A stretch of 64,000 nt of DNA from Salpingoeca rosetta (taxonomy: Eukaryota > Protista > Choanoflagellata). How positions within the stretch are numbered: position 1 is the stretch's first letter; each line of letters starts with the position of its first letter. The position numbers were made by a program, and so were the translations under genes. The notes under the pieces were generated by a model. That model saw only the letters and a program-made list of their open reading frames with translations. It had not been told where the DNA came from and ran no database searches. Positions 13,743 through 28,229 of the stretch are shown in pieces. The stretch is from the NCBI GenBank assembly GCA_033442325.1, contig JAWQFM010000018.1, positions 1 to 64,000 of the forward strand, written 5' to 3'.

Positions 13743-14295
13743 CCCATTCCACCATGTTGCCAATGGTTCAATGTTGTGCGGTTCTGTGTGCGTGTGTACG
13801 TGTTTGTGTGCACGTAAATGAATGCTGTTTCTTACTTGAATGCTTGCTTGCTTGTCCTGCAGTGTCTTTGTGGGCATCCGACTGTCGTTCTTCATGGTCT
13901 TCTTTTGTGCTCATGATGTCAACGCTTGCTTTATGATGACTTGAATCAATTGCTTTTTTCGGTTATTTTTTTTTTTTTTCGTTGTGTTACATGGTGCTCT
14001 TGCACCTCACCTTGTTGTGTTCGCTTCTGTGTGTATGTTTGATGTGGTGCGGCTGCTCGGCCCATCATCACATGCATCAATACATGGGGTAAACCACACA
14101 CACGTGCAACTGCATGCACTCGAGACGGAGACACATCACATCACGTGTGATTGCTCTGATCAAAGCGGTTGTTGGAGATGTGAACCATTTACTTGAGGAC
14201 TTCAGCAGAAACTCAATCAAACGCACGTAGGTAAAGCCAAGCAAAGTGAGATGAACACGAACCCACACACACAGACACACACACACAGATGAGAG

Positions 14296-15605
14296 CTATT
14301 TTCTCCTGCGGCGGCGAAGCATCATGGCCTCGGGCTGGCGGCGTTTGCGGTTCTTGACGTTGACGACATCGTAGTAGTTCATGGCCGGGCGCTTGCTGGT
14401 GGTCATGCGTTTGTCCTTTGGACCACGGCGGCGACGGCGACTGTCGTCATCATCATCGTCATCGTCGTCAACAACACGCTTGCCGCCACGTGTCTCAACG
14501 GTCCAGCCCTTGTGTGTTGAGGCCGCTCGCCGCTGTTGTTGTTGCTGCTGCTTCTTGCTTCCCTTCGCTGCCTTCTTCTCCTTCTGTTGCTTGGGCTTCT
14601 TCATCACTGTCTCCTCTTCCTCTTCCTCTTCCTCGTCATCATCCTCAGCAGTAACATCCTCCTCTTCCCCTTCCGCTTCTTCCTCCACATCATCATCATC
14701 ATCACCACCGTCGGCATCGTTGTCATCCGCCGGCACGGTGCTGTCCTTCACCTCAACTGCCTCTGTCGCTGCCTCTTCATCGCCATTGCTTGCATCCAAG
14801 TCATCCCAATCGGGCAAAGCTTCCTCTTCCTCTTCATTCTCCTCCTTGTTTCCGGCTGCCTCTTCCTCTTCCTGCTCCTTCTCTTCACCGTCTCCATCCT
14901 CCACCGCCGCCTCGTCCTTCTCCTCACCCTCGGGCAGCAGCGCCGCGCCGTGCAGGTCAACCGCATCAAACTTCGCCGTCACCTGCATCCCCTCGATTTT
15001 CTGGTGGTGGTGGTGGTTGATCACGTGCAAGTTGTTGGTGATGCGAGTTAGGGTGAATGTTGCACACTTAATCCCTTCACGAAGACCACACACACACACA
15101 CACACACATATAAACACATACACATACACACACATACAAACACACGCACGCACGCACAAAACACACCTGTGTGACACCAAAGTTGTTGGTGGAGACGTCC
15201 TTGTTGTACTCGGGGTTGTCTGGGGGCATGATGAAGTAGGGCAGGCGCCCGCGCTGCCAGTCCTGCAGCACGATGCGCGCAACCTGTTGACACCAGCGGC
15301 ACGAGCAGGACAAGGCGTCACGCTATGCACTTGCAGCTTGGCAAACAGTGCAGATTAAGTGCGCCCACGATTCCACGCATATCAACGCACCGCGGAGACG
15401 TTTGGATCGCCGCCCTTGAGGAGTTTGCCCGTCTTCTTGGCAAGCTGCTCAAGAAAGTCAATGTGCGTGTTCCTGTCAAGCGCGTGACCCATACAATGCA
15501 GCGCACGACACAGGAGAATAAGTGAATACGACGCGGAGAGTTCGCTGTGGCGCACAGCTGGCACCCAATGGCATGGCGCCGCTCCGCGACACACAAACCA
15601 ATAAG

Positions 15606-15662
<57 letters not shown>

Positions 15663-16019
15663 ACATACAGAGCATGCGCACCAGTGCTCGATGCCGTAGA
15701 CGCGGTTGATGTAGATGCGGCGGGCGCGCTCGAGGACGGCGGGGATGTAGTCCTCTGGCGCTTGCACGTGCTCCAGACGCACCACACCCTTCAGGATGAT
15801 GTTGGCCTCAGAATCCTCGCTGGGCGGCACCACACCGGGGCAGTCAATGAGGTAGATGCGGCCCGTCAGGCGCACGTATTGCCACACTTTCGTCTCGCCA
15901 GGGATGGGCGCGGTCTTGCACGACTTCTGCCCCATGATGGTGTTGATGATGGAGCTCTTGCCAACATTTGGATACCCAATAAAGCCCACGCTGATCTGCT
16001 GCTTGTCCTTGTGCAGCTG

Positions 16020-16064
<45 letters not shown>

Positions 16065-18585
16065 CGGGTGAGAGGTGAAGAGGAGACAGGGGGGGGGCGA
16101 AAGCTCCCGAGCGATCAAAGGGCAACGGAAGTGACAGGCACGTGAACACACACACACACACAACACACACACACACACGCTTGTGCGACGTACAAATGCA
16201 ATTTGGCGAAGGAGTTGGATGAGGGATCCTTTGCCAAAGGAGTTGTTGATGCTGGCGTGGAAGGCTGTTGGTCATGACAAGGGGAGGGGAACAATAAACA
16301 TCACGTGCGATTGTTGTGAGCATCCCAGCCGAAACCAGCGAAGACCAGGCAAGACGGGACATGCCAGTGGACTTATCACGCCAAGACACGCTGCAACGTG
16401 AAACCTAGCATCACACACACCCACGTGCGCACGACATGTACATTGCGTACATGCTACAGATCATACATGCACATGCATATGCACGCGAAAAAACAAGGGC
16501 AACTGACCAAGCGTTGGGTATTCAGCGGAGAGGGACGCCACCCAGCGAACCTGAGACAGAGAATCGGGCAGCACGCAGAGACGCCCGGTAACATTGAAAT
16601 GAGTCGTGCATCAGGTTGTTTGCATACGTTTAAGAACAAGCTTGGCCATGCACGCGTGCGATCACGTCAAGACCCAATGCCACTCATGGAGGGAGTGCAG
16701 CGCACCGTTGACCAGGTTGGGACGAGATCGCATTTGTTGAGCACAAAGACGAGGTGCTTGTGGGGCTTCTCCTTTCTGAGGTAGTTCTCCACGTGCTCGG
16801 AGCGGGTGCCCATCGGGTCGCGCGCATCAAGCACCTGTACACGGGCACAGCAGTGGCAGTGGTGCTGAGAAGAAAGGGGTCTGTTGTGTGCACGCACAGA
16901 TACAGCAGTGGGGGGGGGCGGCCTGGGCACAAGAATGCCATGGCTGTTTTGGTACCTGAACAAGGACGTCCGATGCGTCAATGACTTTGTACAGCTCCGA
17001 CCAGATGCGCTTCGATTGGCCAGCACCAAAGATCCAATCGCGCGCGCACTCGCGCTCGCCTGCACACACATACATACGTGCTGGTGAGTATGAGGAGCAA
17101 GCGTCTGCTGACACGTCGCGCAGGGGCAAACTAGTTGAAGTACATGTACATCCTCACGCCCATACACACACACTCTCTCTCTCGCATACACCTCCAACAC
17201 ACACACACAGTCTCTCTCTCCTCCTCACACAAGAAAGCCCACCTGTCTCTTCCTGAACAAGGTCCCTGTCCTTTGAAGCATCGTAGCTCTCGTGCTTCTC
17301 CTCAGATGCCTGATCACGTCAGGCAAAGAGGAGCAGGCGCAGTCACCATGAGCAACACTGGATAGAAAGACACACACACACAGACACACACACACGCACG
17401 CATGCATACACGCACGCACACACACACACACAGACACACACACACGCACGCATGCATACACGCACGCACACGCACGCACAGAAACACGCACACACACACA
17501 AACACGCACGCACACGCACACTCAATGCATCACTTACGCGTGCGAGGTCGGCCATGTTCTCGACGCTGATCTTTGGGCGTTTGCGCTGCGACTTGGGCCC
17601 AAACGTGGCCTCAAAGGGCTCCGTGCTGAGCATCCTGGTGTTGGTTGTCTCAGGCATGTCGCGCAGCAGGGACATGGGTAGCTTCTTCTGGTGCATGACA
17701 AACGTGTACGGATCCCGCTTTGCCGTGTTCATGGCCTCGCGGAACTCCTCCAGCTGCTGCTGTCCGATGACGCGGGTGTTGCCAAACCACCTTCGGTTGG
17801 GCTCAATCTGTTCAACCACAGGCAGAAGCATGGAGGCGAGTGGACCATGTGGGGTGCAGGGACAGTGCACGGGGAAGTGGGTGGTGGGCGAGTGAGTGAG
17901 TGAGCGCATCATTCATACAATACATCAGCAGTGCGTGTGTGGACGCAGACTTCACTCATGGACACTCAACTTCTCACAAGTGCACAGTTTACGCACACAC
18001 ACACACACGCGCGCGCACACACACGCACACACACACGCGCGCGCGCACACAAGCACCCACACATACCCGCGCCATGGTGCCAGACGAGACGGAGGACTGG
18101 AAAGGTGCTGCACGAATGATCTGCAGACAGCCAGCCAGAGTGTTGGTTTAAGTGAGGCGTGAGTTCGTTCAATAACGCACCTACATGGCATTGGGGGTTA
18201 GGATCCCTCGCAGATGCCTTGCAATCACACACAAAGCAACTCGATCACACACGCACACAGCAAATACGCAATGCATATCCAAGCCATGTTACCTTGCCCT
18301 TGCTGTTTCGGATGGCCTTGCCGCCGCTCTTGTACATGGCCAACCGGTTGACGGTTGTGCGTGTGCGCACATTGTGGCCAGGGCTCTTGTTGGAACGATC
18401 TACAAATGATTCGCAAGCGGCTTGCATGAGTCTCATCAAAGCAACCAAAGCAACGAGAATGGGGGGGGGGAGCGGCATGCACAGGGAAAAACAGGCAGCA
18501 CGCGCAGACAGACGGTGCCAAAAAGAAAGAAAGAGACAGAGAGAGAGACAGACAGAGAGAGAGACAGAGAGAGACAGAGAGAGAC

Positions 18586-18654
<69 letters not shown>

Positions 18655-18827
18655 GACAAAGATATAGAGAGAGAGGGAGCGCACGCGCACGCAAACAAAT
18701 CTACACATGCACAACCATCTACACATCTACACCCACACAAACATATCGACACACCCGGGTTTGTGCTGCTCTTGCTCTTGGAGATGCGGCCCTGGAACTT
18801 GACCTTGTTCTTGAGGTTTCCGCCCAT
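14296..18827 (-). CDS. NOG2: Nucleolar GTP-binding protein 2 (circularly permuted GTPase, 60S biogenesis), about 13 exons
   Basis: NGP1NT region ([16 protein letters not shown]), [50 protein letters not shown] and an acidic C-terminal tail. ATG at 18827, stop at 14296. Confidence 0.96.
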
Positions 18828-19018
18828 GGCTGCGGTTGGTCGGTGGATGGGTGCGTGTGTGCGTGTGCGTGTTGTGTCTGTTGAGGCAGCGGGCACACGT
18901 GGGGAAAAGGCAATTTTGACCTTGGACAAAGTTAATTTTGCCGTTGCCAAAGAGGTTGCCAACCAGTCAGCCAAGACAACAACAGGCAACAACACAAGAC
19001 AAGCAAGCAAAGAGCAGC
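18828..19018. promoter_or_regulatory. Putative bidirectional promoter of NOG2 and CFAP251 with candidate RFX (X-box half-site) motifs
   Basis: 191 bp between divergent ATGs. GTTGCCA at 18943 and 18955, GGCAAC at 18985, AATTTT twice. Confidence 0.55.
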
Positions 19019-19709
19019 ATGGCAGATGAGGCAGGCGATGCGGTGATGGAGGAGACAGTGCAGGAGACGACAAAAGGTGTAGAGGCAGAGCAGGACCCCA
19101 CAGAAGAGAGCGGAGAGCAAGAGCAAACACAGCAGCAGGAGGGCCAAGAGCAGCAGGAAGAGGCCAAGCCAACCGATGACACAACAACGGAGGCAGAGGC
19201 AGGCGATGAAGCATCCAACAACGAAGACAAGCAGGAGTCAGACCAAGCGCCCGGCAGTGCAGCAAACACAACTGGCTCTGAAGATGATGTACAGGCCGAT
19301 GAAGACACAGCAGTTGAGGCAGCAGGCGACGCTAGTGCAGTCGTTGAGCCCCCTCACACAGCATCCCAGGAGGAAGGAGAAGCAAAGGAAGAAGAGCAGC
19401 AAGAGCAGCAGCCAGAGGAGGAGCAGCAGCAAGAAGACGCTGACGAAGACGCTGAAGAAGAGGGGGTGAGCAATCTGGCAAGCGCACAGACAGAGGACGC
19501 TGCCAAGGATGGAGAGGATGCGGCAGGCGGGCGAACATCGTCAAGCACGGACCCCATCGACGCGCAGCCCATCACCTCTGCGTCACTCCTGGATAGCGAA
19601 TCACAGTATCAAACATCGGAAATGGGCACCGACCCCATCCAGTCTCTTGGTGCGTGCCCTGTCTATGCATCTGTGTGTGTGTGTGTGTGTGTGTTTGTGT
19701 GTCTGGCTA

Positions 19710-19771
<62 letters not shown>

Positions 19772-20353
19772 TTTTGTCTGTGTGTGTTTTTGTTTTGTCT
19801 GTGCCTGTGTGTTTGGTTCTTTGTTTGTCTGTGCCTGTGCGTATGTGTTGGTGTCTGTATTGGAGATATGTGCTCAAACACAAAATATGCACACATTGTG
19901 TATGTGTGTGTGTCGTTGACACCGATACTTGGATCAGCCCTCATGCAACGTCTTGTTCTGCCGTCCATCGCGCGTGTTGTTTACTGACAGATGGCCGGGA
20001 AGCATCTGCCAGCGTGGGCAGCTACGACCGCCTCAAGGACCTGCATGCAGGACACAAGCGCTACAAAGTCCCACGGCATCCACTTGTACGCGTCGCACAA
20101 CCACATTCATCTCATTCCTGTTGCTGCTGGTTCCTGTCCTGTGCGCTTGCGACCGCGACGCGGTACCTTGCCGTCCTCACCTGGTGTGCTAACACGCTGT
20201 TCTCTTCTTGCACTTCCTGCAATACGGCGGGTTGATAGGACCTCAACTGGGCCTTTGGCTTCAACACCTCCAACCCCACCGTGCATCTCATTGAAGATGG
20301 CACCCGCTCCGTACGTGCTGCTGTTTGCTTGCTTTGGCTTGGTTTGCTGGCCT

Positions 20354-20419
<66 letters not shown>

Positions 20420-20793
20420 CTATCTCCCCTTCCCTCCCTGCCTCTGTATCGGTATTGCTTTCGCACAGTGTCATGTGTCGAGCGCGCTCTCCTCCTCAAT
20501 CGCCTTTTCTATCAACTGTTTTCGTTCATATCGTGCCTCACACCCGCCATCACCCATCACCAACCATCCCTACACTCCCCACCCGCTCGACGTGGCCAGG
20601 ATGTTGTGTTCTGCTCGGGCCATGCAGCCGTTGTGCTGCACAAATCTGCCGGCGACCAATCTATTCTCCTCGGGCACAGATTCGCAATCACAACGTCGTG
20701 CGCAAGGTGCTGCCGCTGCTGCTACTGTTGGTGTGAACACGAGCGAGCGCAAGCTGTTCGTCGTCGTGCGGGGTTGACGGGTGGTCACCAACG

Positions 20794-20862
<69 letters not shown>

Positions 20863-21791
20863 AATGTGGCTCACGCGACAAGCGCTTTGTTTCGTTGTGG
20901 TTCTGGTGCTGTTGTGCAGTGGGGACGGCAAGTGGCTTGCGACAGCTGATGCCGGCGATGACGCAACGCTCATCGTCTGGGACACGGCAACCAATCTCCC
21001 CATTCGCACCTACTTCAAGGACCAGGTGTGTGTGTGTGTGTGCTCGTGCGTTCGTGCGTGCGTGTGTATGTGCGTGTGCGTGTGCGTGTGTGTATGTGTA
21101 CGTGCTCGTGTGCTCGTATGTGTGTGTATGTATACGTGCTCGTGTGCTCGTATGTGTGTGTGTGCTCGTTTGTGTGTATGTATACGTGCTCGTATGTGTG
21201 TGTGTGCGTGCGTGCGTGCGTGAGCATGGTGGTTGCCATTGTGCCAATGCTGTTGACTTCTCAACAACACAGCGCAGTTTGTTTGCGAAGAGGAATCGGA
21301 ACACCAACACTCACCCGCGCGTCCGTGCATGTGTGCATGTGTACAGATTGGACTTGGTGTGCAGGCGGCGTGTTTTTCGCACGACGCCTTGTTGCTCATC
21401 GTCGTCATCACCAAAGAGGACGGAAGGTAGTGACACGTCTCTTCCACACAATGCACACACAATGCAAAAGCACACACACAAGTTATTTGCGCACTTGCAT
21501 ACACAGCTGTTAATCGCTGCCGCAACACCACCACCTGCTCACCCCACCCTCACGATTTGCTTTCCACCGCCAGCCAACAAGCGCGTGTGTTCGAGTGGAC
21601 GAATCCCGACGCAACTGCGCCGGTGGCCAGTGCTGATCTGGATGCTCTGTCCACTCCCATCGTCTCCGTCACCGCACATCCAACCGCAGCCAACCGGGCC
21701 GTCGCAAACACCACAAACGAGGTGACAGCCACAGCCACGCTCTTGTGTGTGTGTGTGTGTGTGTGTGTGTCTGTGTCTGTGTCTGTGTCTG

Positions 21792-21834
<43 letters not shown>

Positions 21835-22561
21835 ATCTGTGTGTGTGTGTGTGTGTGGATGGGTGCGTGAACAAGACTGGAAGATGAGATTTGCCGGTCC
21901 CCAACTGACGATGTGCTTGTCCCTCCACCTCCACACGAAACACCACCACCACCTCCTCCATCAAGGCGTTGTTCCTGTCGTGGGCATCAGACGAGCTGGA
22001 GGTGCAGACAATTGCAAACGAATCCAAAGCGCGGCTCACCGCATCGGCCTTCCTTCCCGTAAGCCGGGCGTGTGCATACATTGGGTTGTGCTGCGTTGTG
22101 ACTGCCCTGCGTTGCAGTGCCCTGCACTCTGCTGTGTTGTGTTGTGCTTGTCCTACGCTATGTTGCGTTTGTGCTGTGACTGCACGTGTCGTCTGCTCAT
22201 GTCACGACAACACCCCATCACGCTACCACTCGTTTTGCCTCCACTCCACAGGACGAGCTGACGGCAGTGTCGGGCAACGTCGCCGGAGAAGTGATTATGT
22301 GGAGCCGCACTGCTGCCGACCAGCCGTACAGCCAACTCAAGAGGATACAGGCCTCCCCTGCTGCCGTCAACACGCTCTGCCTCACCCCAGACAGCCGCTT
22401 CCTGGTCAGGCGGCTCATTGTGTGTGCGTGTGTTTGTATGTGTGTATGTGTGTGTGTGTGTGTGATATGCATGAGTTTGCGTGAAACTCGCTGTGACAGC
22501 CCTGCGCCTTCACGCTCGCCCTTACCCCCAACAATACACCACTACCCAACCCACCACAACA

Positions 22562-22651
<90 letters not shown>

Positions 22652-23993
22652 GCACGCACGCACGCACGCACCATGGCCTGCTGCAGGTGCTTGGGTGCGG
22701 GGACGGGTGTGTGCGCTGCTTCGACCACCAGTGCCGCGCGCTCGGGTGGAACGAGGATCTGGAGTCTGGCGCCATCACCGCCATTGCATTTGCAACCGCT
22801 GCTGCTGATGATGATCTTGCCCACCTCTTCGCACACGACGACCACTCCCAGCCCACGCCAGAGACATTCTCCCAGGCGGTCAGTTGCGCGCCTTGCGTGT
22901 CCTTGTGTTTGTGTGTCTGTGTCTGTGTATATGTGTGTGTGTGTGTGTCCTTGTGTGTCCTTGTGTATCCTCGTGCATGCCCTGGCGTGTGTCGTTGTGC
23001 GTATCCTTGTGCGTGTCCTTGTGTGCGTTCCTTTGAGATTTGAAGTTGCGATTCTTGTGCGCTGCACACACAAATTGCGATCGCGTGTATGCTAGCGTCA
23101 TCGCCTCTGCTGACAGTTGTGTTTTTCCATGTTTGTCACGGCAGCTGCCAAACTTCGTTGTGAGCACATCCGAGGGCCTCATTGTCAACATCATCACGGG
23201 CGCCGAGTTCATGCCCACGGTACGTCGGCACTGGTGATGGTGACAGTTGCGGTGGTGGTCACGGTGGTGGTGATGATGGTGCGTGGGGTGCATGGGATGC
23301 GTTGTGGTTTGTCTTGACAGAACCACGACAATCACTGCCCGAACTTCATGGACTCATTTTCCTCCCTCCCCCCTCCATCTCCATCTCCAACTCGCTATTC
23401 GCATCACCATCACCGCTACCGCGTGTCAGGTTGTGTTGAATTCCCACACCGCCGGCATCACGGACATTGCCGTGCACCCGTCCAGCGCGATGATGGTCTC
23501 GGCCAGCAGCAACGGCGCTCTGCAAATCTGGAACTACGAGAAGGGCGAACACATCCTTACCCGCACCATCGCCAGCGTCACGCCAACCGTACGTCTTGCT
23601 CGCTGCTGCCGCTGTTGACAACCTTGATGGTTGTTGATGATGATTTACATGGAGTGCTGAATAGTTGGCGTGGTGGTGGTCACCTGGTCAAATGAGGTGT
23701 TGCTCTGTACCTGTGCCCTCACGCATCACATCACACGATATCACATGACATGACGTCACACCACATCACGTCGCGTCAGGCGCTGGCATTCAGTCGAGAC
23801 GGGCACACGCTGGCCATCGGGTACGAGAACGGGGTGGTTGACTTTCGCGATGCGATGACGCTGGACCTGATTACGGACAGCACCACCATCCCCGCAGCAA
23901 ACGCCGCTGTTCTCCAGGTCGCATTTGCACACACAAACGAGTTTGCAGCCGCCGCTTTCGCCGATTCCGCAGTCGGCCTCTTCAAGGTGCGCG

Positions 23994-24042
<49 letters not shown>

Positions 24043-24672
24043 TATGTGTGTGTGTGTGCTTATGTGTGTGTGTGTGTGCTTATGTGTGTGTGTGTGTGTG
24101 CTTATGTGTGTGTGTGTGTGCTTGTGCTGGCAAAGTTGAAGCCAAGCAATCGTGACAATTTCGACATACCCTGTGTGCGTGTGTGCGTAGATTGAGCCTG
24201 CGGACTTTGAGAGCCCGTGGGAACTTGTTGGGCGGAGCAAAGCGCATGTGGGGGGCGTGACGCAGGTCTTCTTTGAGGAATCTGAGGACTCGAAACACAG
24301 GTGCTGTCTGTTCTCCATCGGCAAGGTAGGCGAGGTTTTGTGCAGGTTGCAGGAGTCTCTCAGGTGCATTGCTGTCCTCTTGTCAGATTGTTGCCGTTTG
24401 CATTGAAGTTGCTGCTGATGGCTAGGCTCTTGGTCGTGTTGCTTTATGTGTTGGGAGCCCTTGATGTCGCCCGTGTTGGGATCTGCAGCCATCCAACCCC
24501 CAACTCACCCGCGAATGCAATTCCTTTGCTGACAATTGACTTCCCCACACGTTGCAGGATGGAATGATGGTGTCGTATGATCTCGACAGCACATTCGACA
24601 CTCAACTGCAGATCCACGAGCCCAGGCTGCGCCTCGCTCAAGGTACAACCACTTGGGTGTGTGTGTGTGTGT

Positions 24673-24704
<32 letters not shown>

Positions 24705-24962
24705 CGGTTGGTGGTTGACACGGTATCCTCGCCTCGCAGCTCTGTTCATGGTTTTTCATGCGTGTATATGTGTGCGTGCGTTGGGCAGGGACGTATCCGC
24801 TGGCGATGACGGATTACACGAGCAAGCACGATGAGGAGTTTAGGATCACGGTATGCTTGCAAGCATGTGTTGTCCAGAACATCAGCAGCGTGACCAACAC
24901 AGCGCCTTGCTGTTTTGTTACGCTTCCGTGATGACGCGGCTGTGCCCGACTGAACATCTCAC

Positions 24963-25040
<78 letters not shown>

Positions 25041-25218
25041 TCCACTCAGGCGAATGCAGACTACAAGCTGAAGCTGTACAACAAGAGCACGAACATGTGT
25101 CGTGCGACGCTGCTTGGTCCCATTTACGGCGATCCCGTGCGTCACCTCGTGCAAGTGCCCAAGCACCCCGACCACCTCAACCACCAGATTATTGCGTTTG
25201 CAAACTCAGACAAAGTCA

Positions 25219-25252
<34 letters not shown>

Positions 25253-25799
25253 CTGTGTGTGTGTGTGTGTGCGTGTGTTTGTGAGTTTGTTAGTTTGTTT
25301 GTTGGGTTCTTGAACATTTAGAGCTGGGGTGCTTTCGGTGCGCACATACATGTGTGTGTGTGAACGCAAATGTTGCACATGCGTGAATTATGCGTGCCGC
25401 CCTCACCTTCTTTCTTCTTTCTGTACACACGTGTTGCAGGTTGGTCTGTGTCTGGCGCCTGTGGACGGCAACCCGCACCGCTACATCGCCATCCTCGCCC
25501 ACCCAGACGAGGTTGCAAGCACCAGCTAGTGCCGTGTGCGATCATCTTGAGGCGTGTCTGGATGTATGCATGCATGCATGTCGTTCATCGCGGCGATGCT
25601 TTCTTTGCCCATGCATCATGTTGCCACTAAACCATACAGCGTCGTTCCCTTCCTGCTTTGTTCAGATCACGTGCTTGCGTGTGTCGCATGACGGCAAATT
25701 CCTTTTCACAGCCGGCGCCAATGCAGGATCCGTGCATATGTGGCAGGTGTGTTTGTGTGTCTCATGCTGCGACAACGGTTTAGCCTGCGCGCATCCTCG

Positions 25800-25897
<98 letters not shown>

Positions 25898-27105
25898 CAC
25901 GTATTCTCACGCTCGCAACTCACACCATCTTCCTCCCCCCCCCCCTTCTCTGTTGTCGAAACCAGCTGAACCCTGCTGTGCTGGCGGCGACGGTGCAGAC
26001 GCGCCCGCAGGGGATGGATGCGCTGTACGAGCTGGTGGAGGGCGGACGTGATGGCGATCTCATCAACGACATGAAGGAGTACTTCTACTACGCCCAGATC
26101 CGCAGACACGGCATCACCTCCATGGCCCCTCTCCAGGTGCGCTGCTGTGTGCATGTGTCTGTGTGCATGTCTCTGTGTGTCTGTCTGTGGGTCTCGGCGT
26201 GTGTCTGCCTGCCTGTCTGTCTATCTGTTTTTCGTTTGTTTATTCGTCCATGCCACTGCACGTCTGTCGACATCCCTTCGTGTTGTTCTCTTCATCCCCC
26301 CCCGCCTCCAATTGGCTGATTAACTCCAACCCACACCATCCCCCCTCCCATCCCACACCATCCCCCCCCCTCCCATCGCCACAACGTCAACACCATCGTG
26401 CACACGGCTCCAGGCGTCGGATACGCTGCCGCTGGAAGACGTCCCAGATGTGCTGCGCGCTGTAGGATTCTTCCCAACGGAGCACCAGATTGCGGTGAGT
26501 GCTACAACCACAGCAACAACACCAACAGTAGCAGCAGCAGCAGTATCTATTGCTTTGCGGTTTTGCTCACTGTGTTGTCCTGCACACGTGCGCGCGTGAC
26601 CAAATTGGAGGTTGCATGTTCGTGCCATGGGCTCTGCTGTTGCTTTCCAGCTTTTGGTTCCCCATCATGGACTGTACTCATTCTGTGCTCGGATGTGTTT
26701 GTGTGTATGTGCGTGTGTGTGTATGTGCGTGCGTGTGTGTGTGTGTGTGTTGTGCAGGAGATGAACAACGAGATCAAGTTCAAGGACTACTTCACGACGC
26801 GGGAGTACAAGACGACTGTGGACCTTGACGACCTGGTGACGCTCCTTGTGAACCATCGCCCTGCACTTGGCCTCGCCCCCTCGGACCTGCACGAGGCGTT
26901 TGCAGCGCTGGTGGCTGAGGGCGACGGCTCGCTCGACTCGGCCGCGTTCTACGAGCTGCTGCAGGAGGTTGGCGACCGCATGACGGAGGATGAGCTGGCG
27001 CGGTGCCTGGCGTCGCTCCTGGGGGACTCGCGCTTTGACGAGGCCTTGCCGCCACGCATTGACGCAGACGTCTTTGCCGAGGAAATTGTGGGCTTTGAGG
27101 TGTGA
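19019..27105 (+). CDS. CFAP251: Cilia- and flagella-associated protein 251 (WDR66): acidic N-terminus, WD40 repeats, C-terminal EF-hand-like region, about 22 exons
   Basis: LNWAFGFN, DGKWLATADAG..LIVWD, ANADYKLKLYN..CRATLLGPIYG, PVDGNPHRYIAILAHP, LVEGGRDG..KEYFYYAQIR, VLRAVGFFPTE and VNHRP match WDR66 family motifs. Stop TGA at 27103-27105. Confidence 0.9.
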
Positions 27106-27875
27106 CACTTTGTGCGTGTCTGTGTTGCGTGCGTGATGTGATGTGACTTGGCGTGTACGTGCGTGGTGTTGCTTGCTTGTGTTTGCGTGCGTGGTGTTGC
27201 TTGCTTGTGTTTGCGTTTTATTTGAGGTTGTTGTGTGTTGCGTTCTCTCATCATCAGTGTTGTGCTTCGTTCTTGCGCTGGCCATGTGCACGTGGGGACG
27301 CGTCATCAGTAAACCACTCCTTGAATGTACTGAGCTGAACGATTTACATTAATGTAATGGGACGCGATGTGACACGCGATGTGACAAACGATGGCATGTC
27401 GCGTGAGCACAGGCGCCAGCACGCCGAAGGGCGATCCATGGCAGGTGTGCCTGTGTAGTGTACATAGGGTAGCGGAGGGTCAAGAGTCGCTTACAAACAA
27501 CAGCGTGGACACGCAACACGACCAAGGAGAAGGGTGGGTAACAAACAGCAGCTGATGGATGGATAGCAGCAGCCGGCTGAAAACACGTGACACCAGAAAC
27601 ACAGAGAGGGGCATCGCTTCGAAGCGGCAAACGCAGACCGGAAGGAGTTCAACAAACGCAAAACTCGAAGTTCATCAAACATTTCACCAAAACGATTCAC
27701 CAGCGTAACCTCTCTGACAAGCGGCAGAACAAGGAAGGAAGGAAGGAATAAGACAGCACAAATGATGACAGGAGGAGTGGTAGCGAGAAGCAACGTGAAG
27801 GGAAGCAGCGTGAAGGGAAGCCACAGAGACGCATGGATCGTGTCAGTGGGCGTCTGCGAGGAGACTCGTGGTTGG

Positions 27876-28229
27876 TTAGGATGAGGAGGACGCGTTGGCG
27901 GCTTGTTGGCGGGCGGCATGTGTCTCGGCGTCAAGGCGGCGGAACTCCTCCATGCGCTTCTGCATCTGCTCCTTGTGGTGCTGTCGGTGGTGCTCCCTCT
28001 CGATGGCGACAAGCTCGCCTTCGCCAATGATCATCATGCCGCCAATGACGGGCACGAGCAGGCTGTAGGCCTTGAGGGCCGGGGTCAAGCGGCGATACCA
28101 GGGCGAGAACTTGTTCAGGGCAAGGGCAGCGAGGCCACCAATGCCCACGCCCCAGGCGGCGCCCTCCATGGCCCGCTTGAACGAGCGGCCGACGACGCTC
28201 TCGAGATGCTCCTCATCTACGACCTTCAT
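27876..28229 (-). CDS. Intronless 117-aa two-TM protein resembling the Rcf2 N-terminal/Rcf3 respiratory supercomplex factor module
   Basis: MKVVDEEH...GAAWGVGIGGLAALAL..SPWYRRLTPALKAYSLLVPVIGGMMIIGE: two hydrophobic helices around a basic YRRLT loop, then a charged helical tail. Coding-like codon usage. Confidence 0.65.
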   Translation of the reverse strand: MKVVDEEHLESVVGRSFKRAMEGAAWGVGIGGLAALALNKFSPWYRRLTPALKAYSLLVPVIGGMMIIGEGELVAIEREHHRQHHKEQMQKRMEEFRRLDAETHAARQQAANASSSS

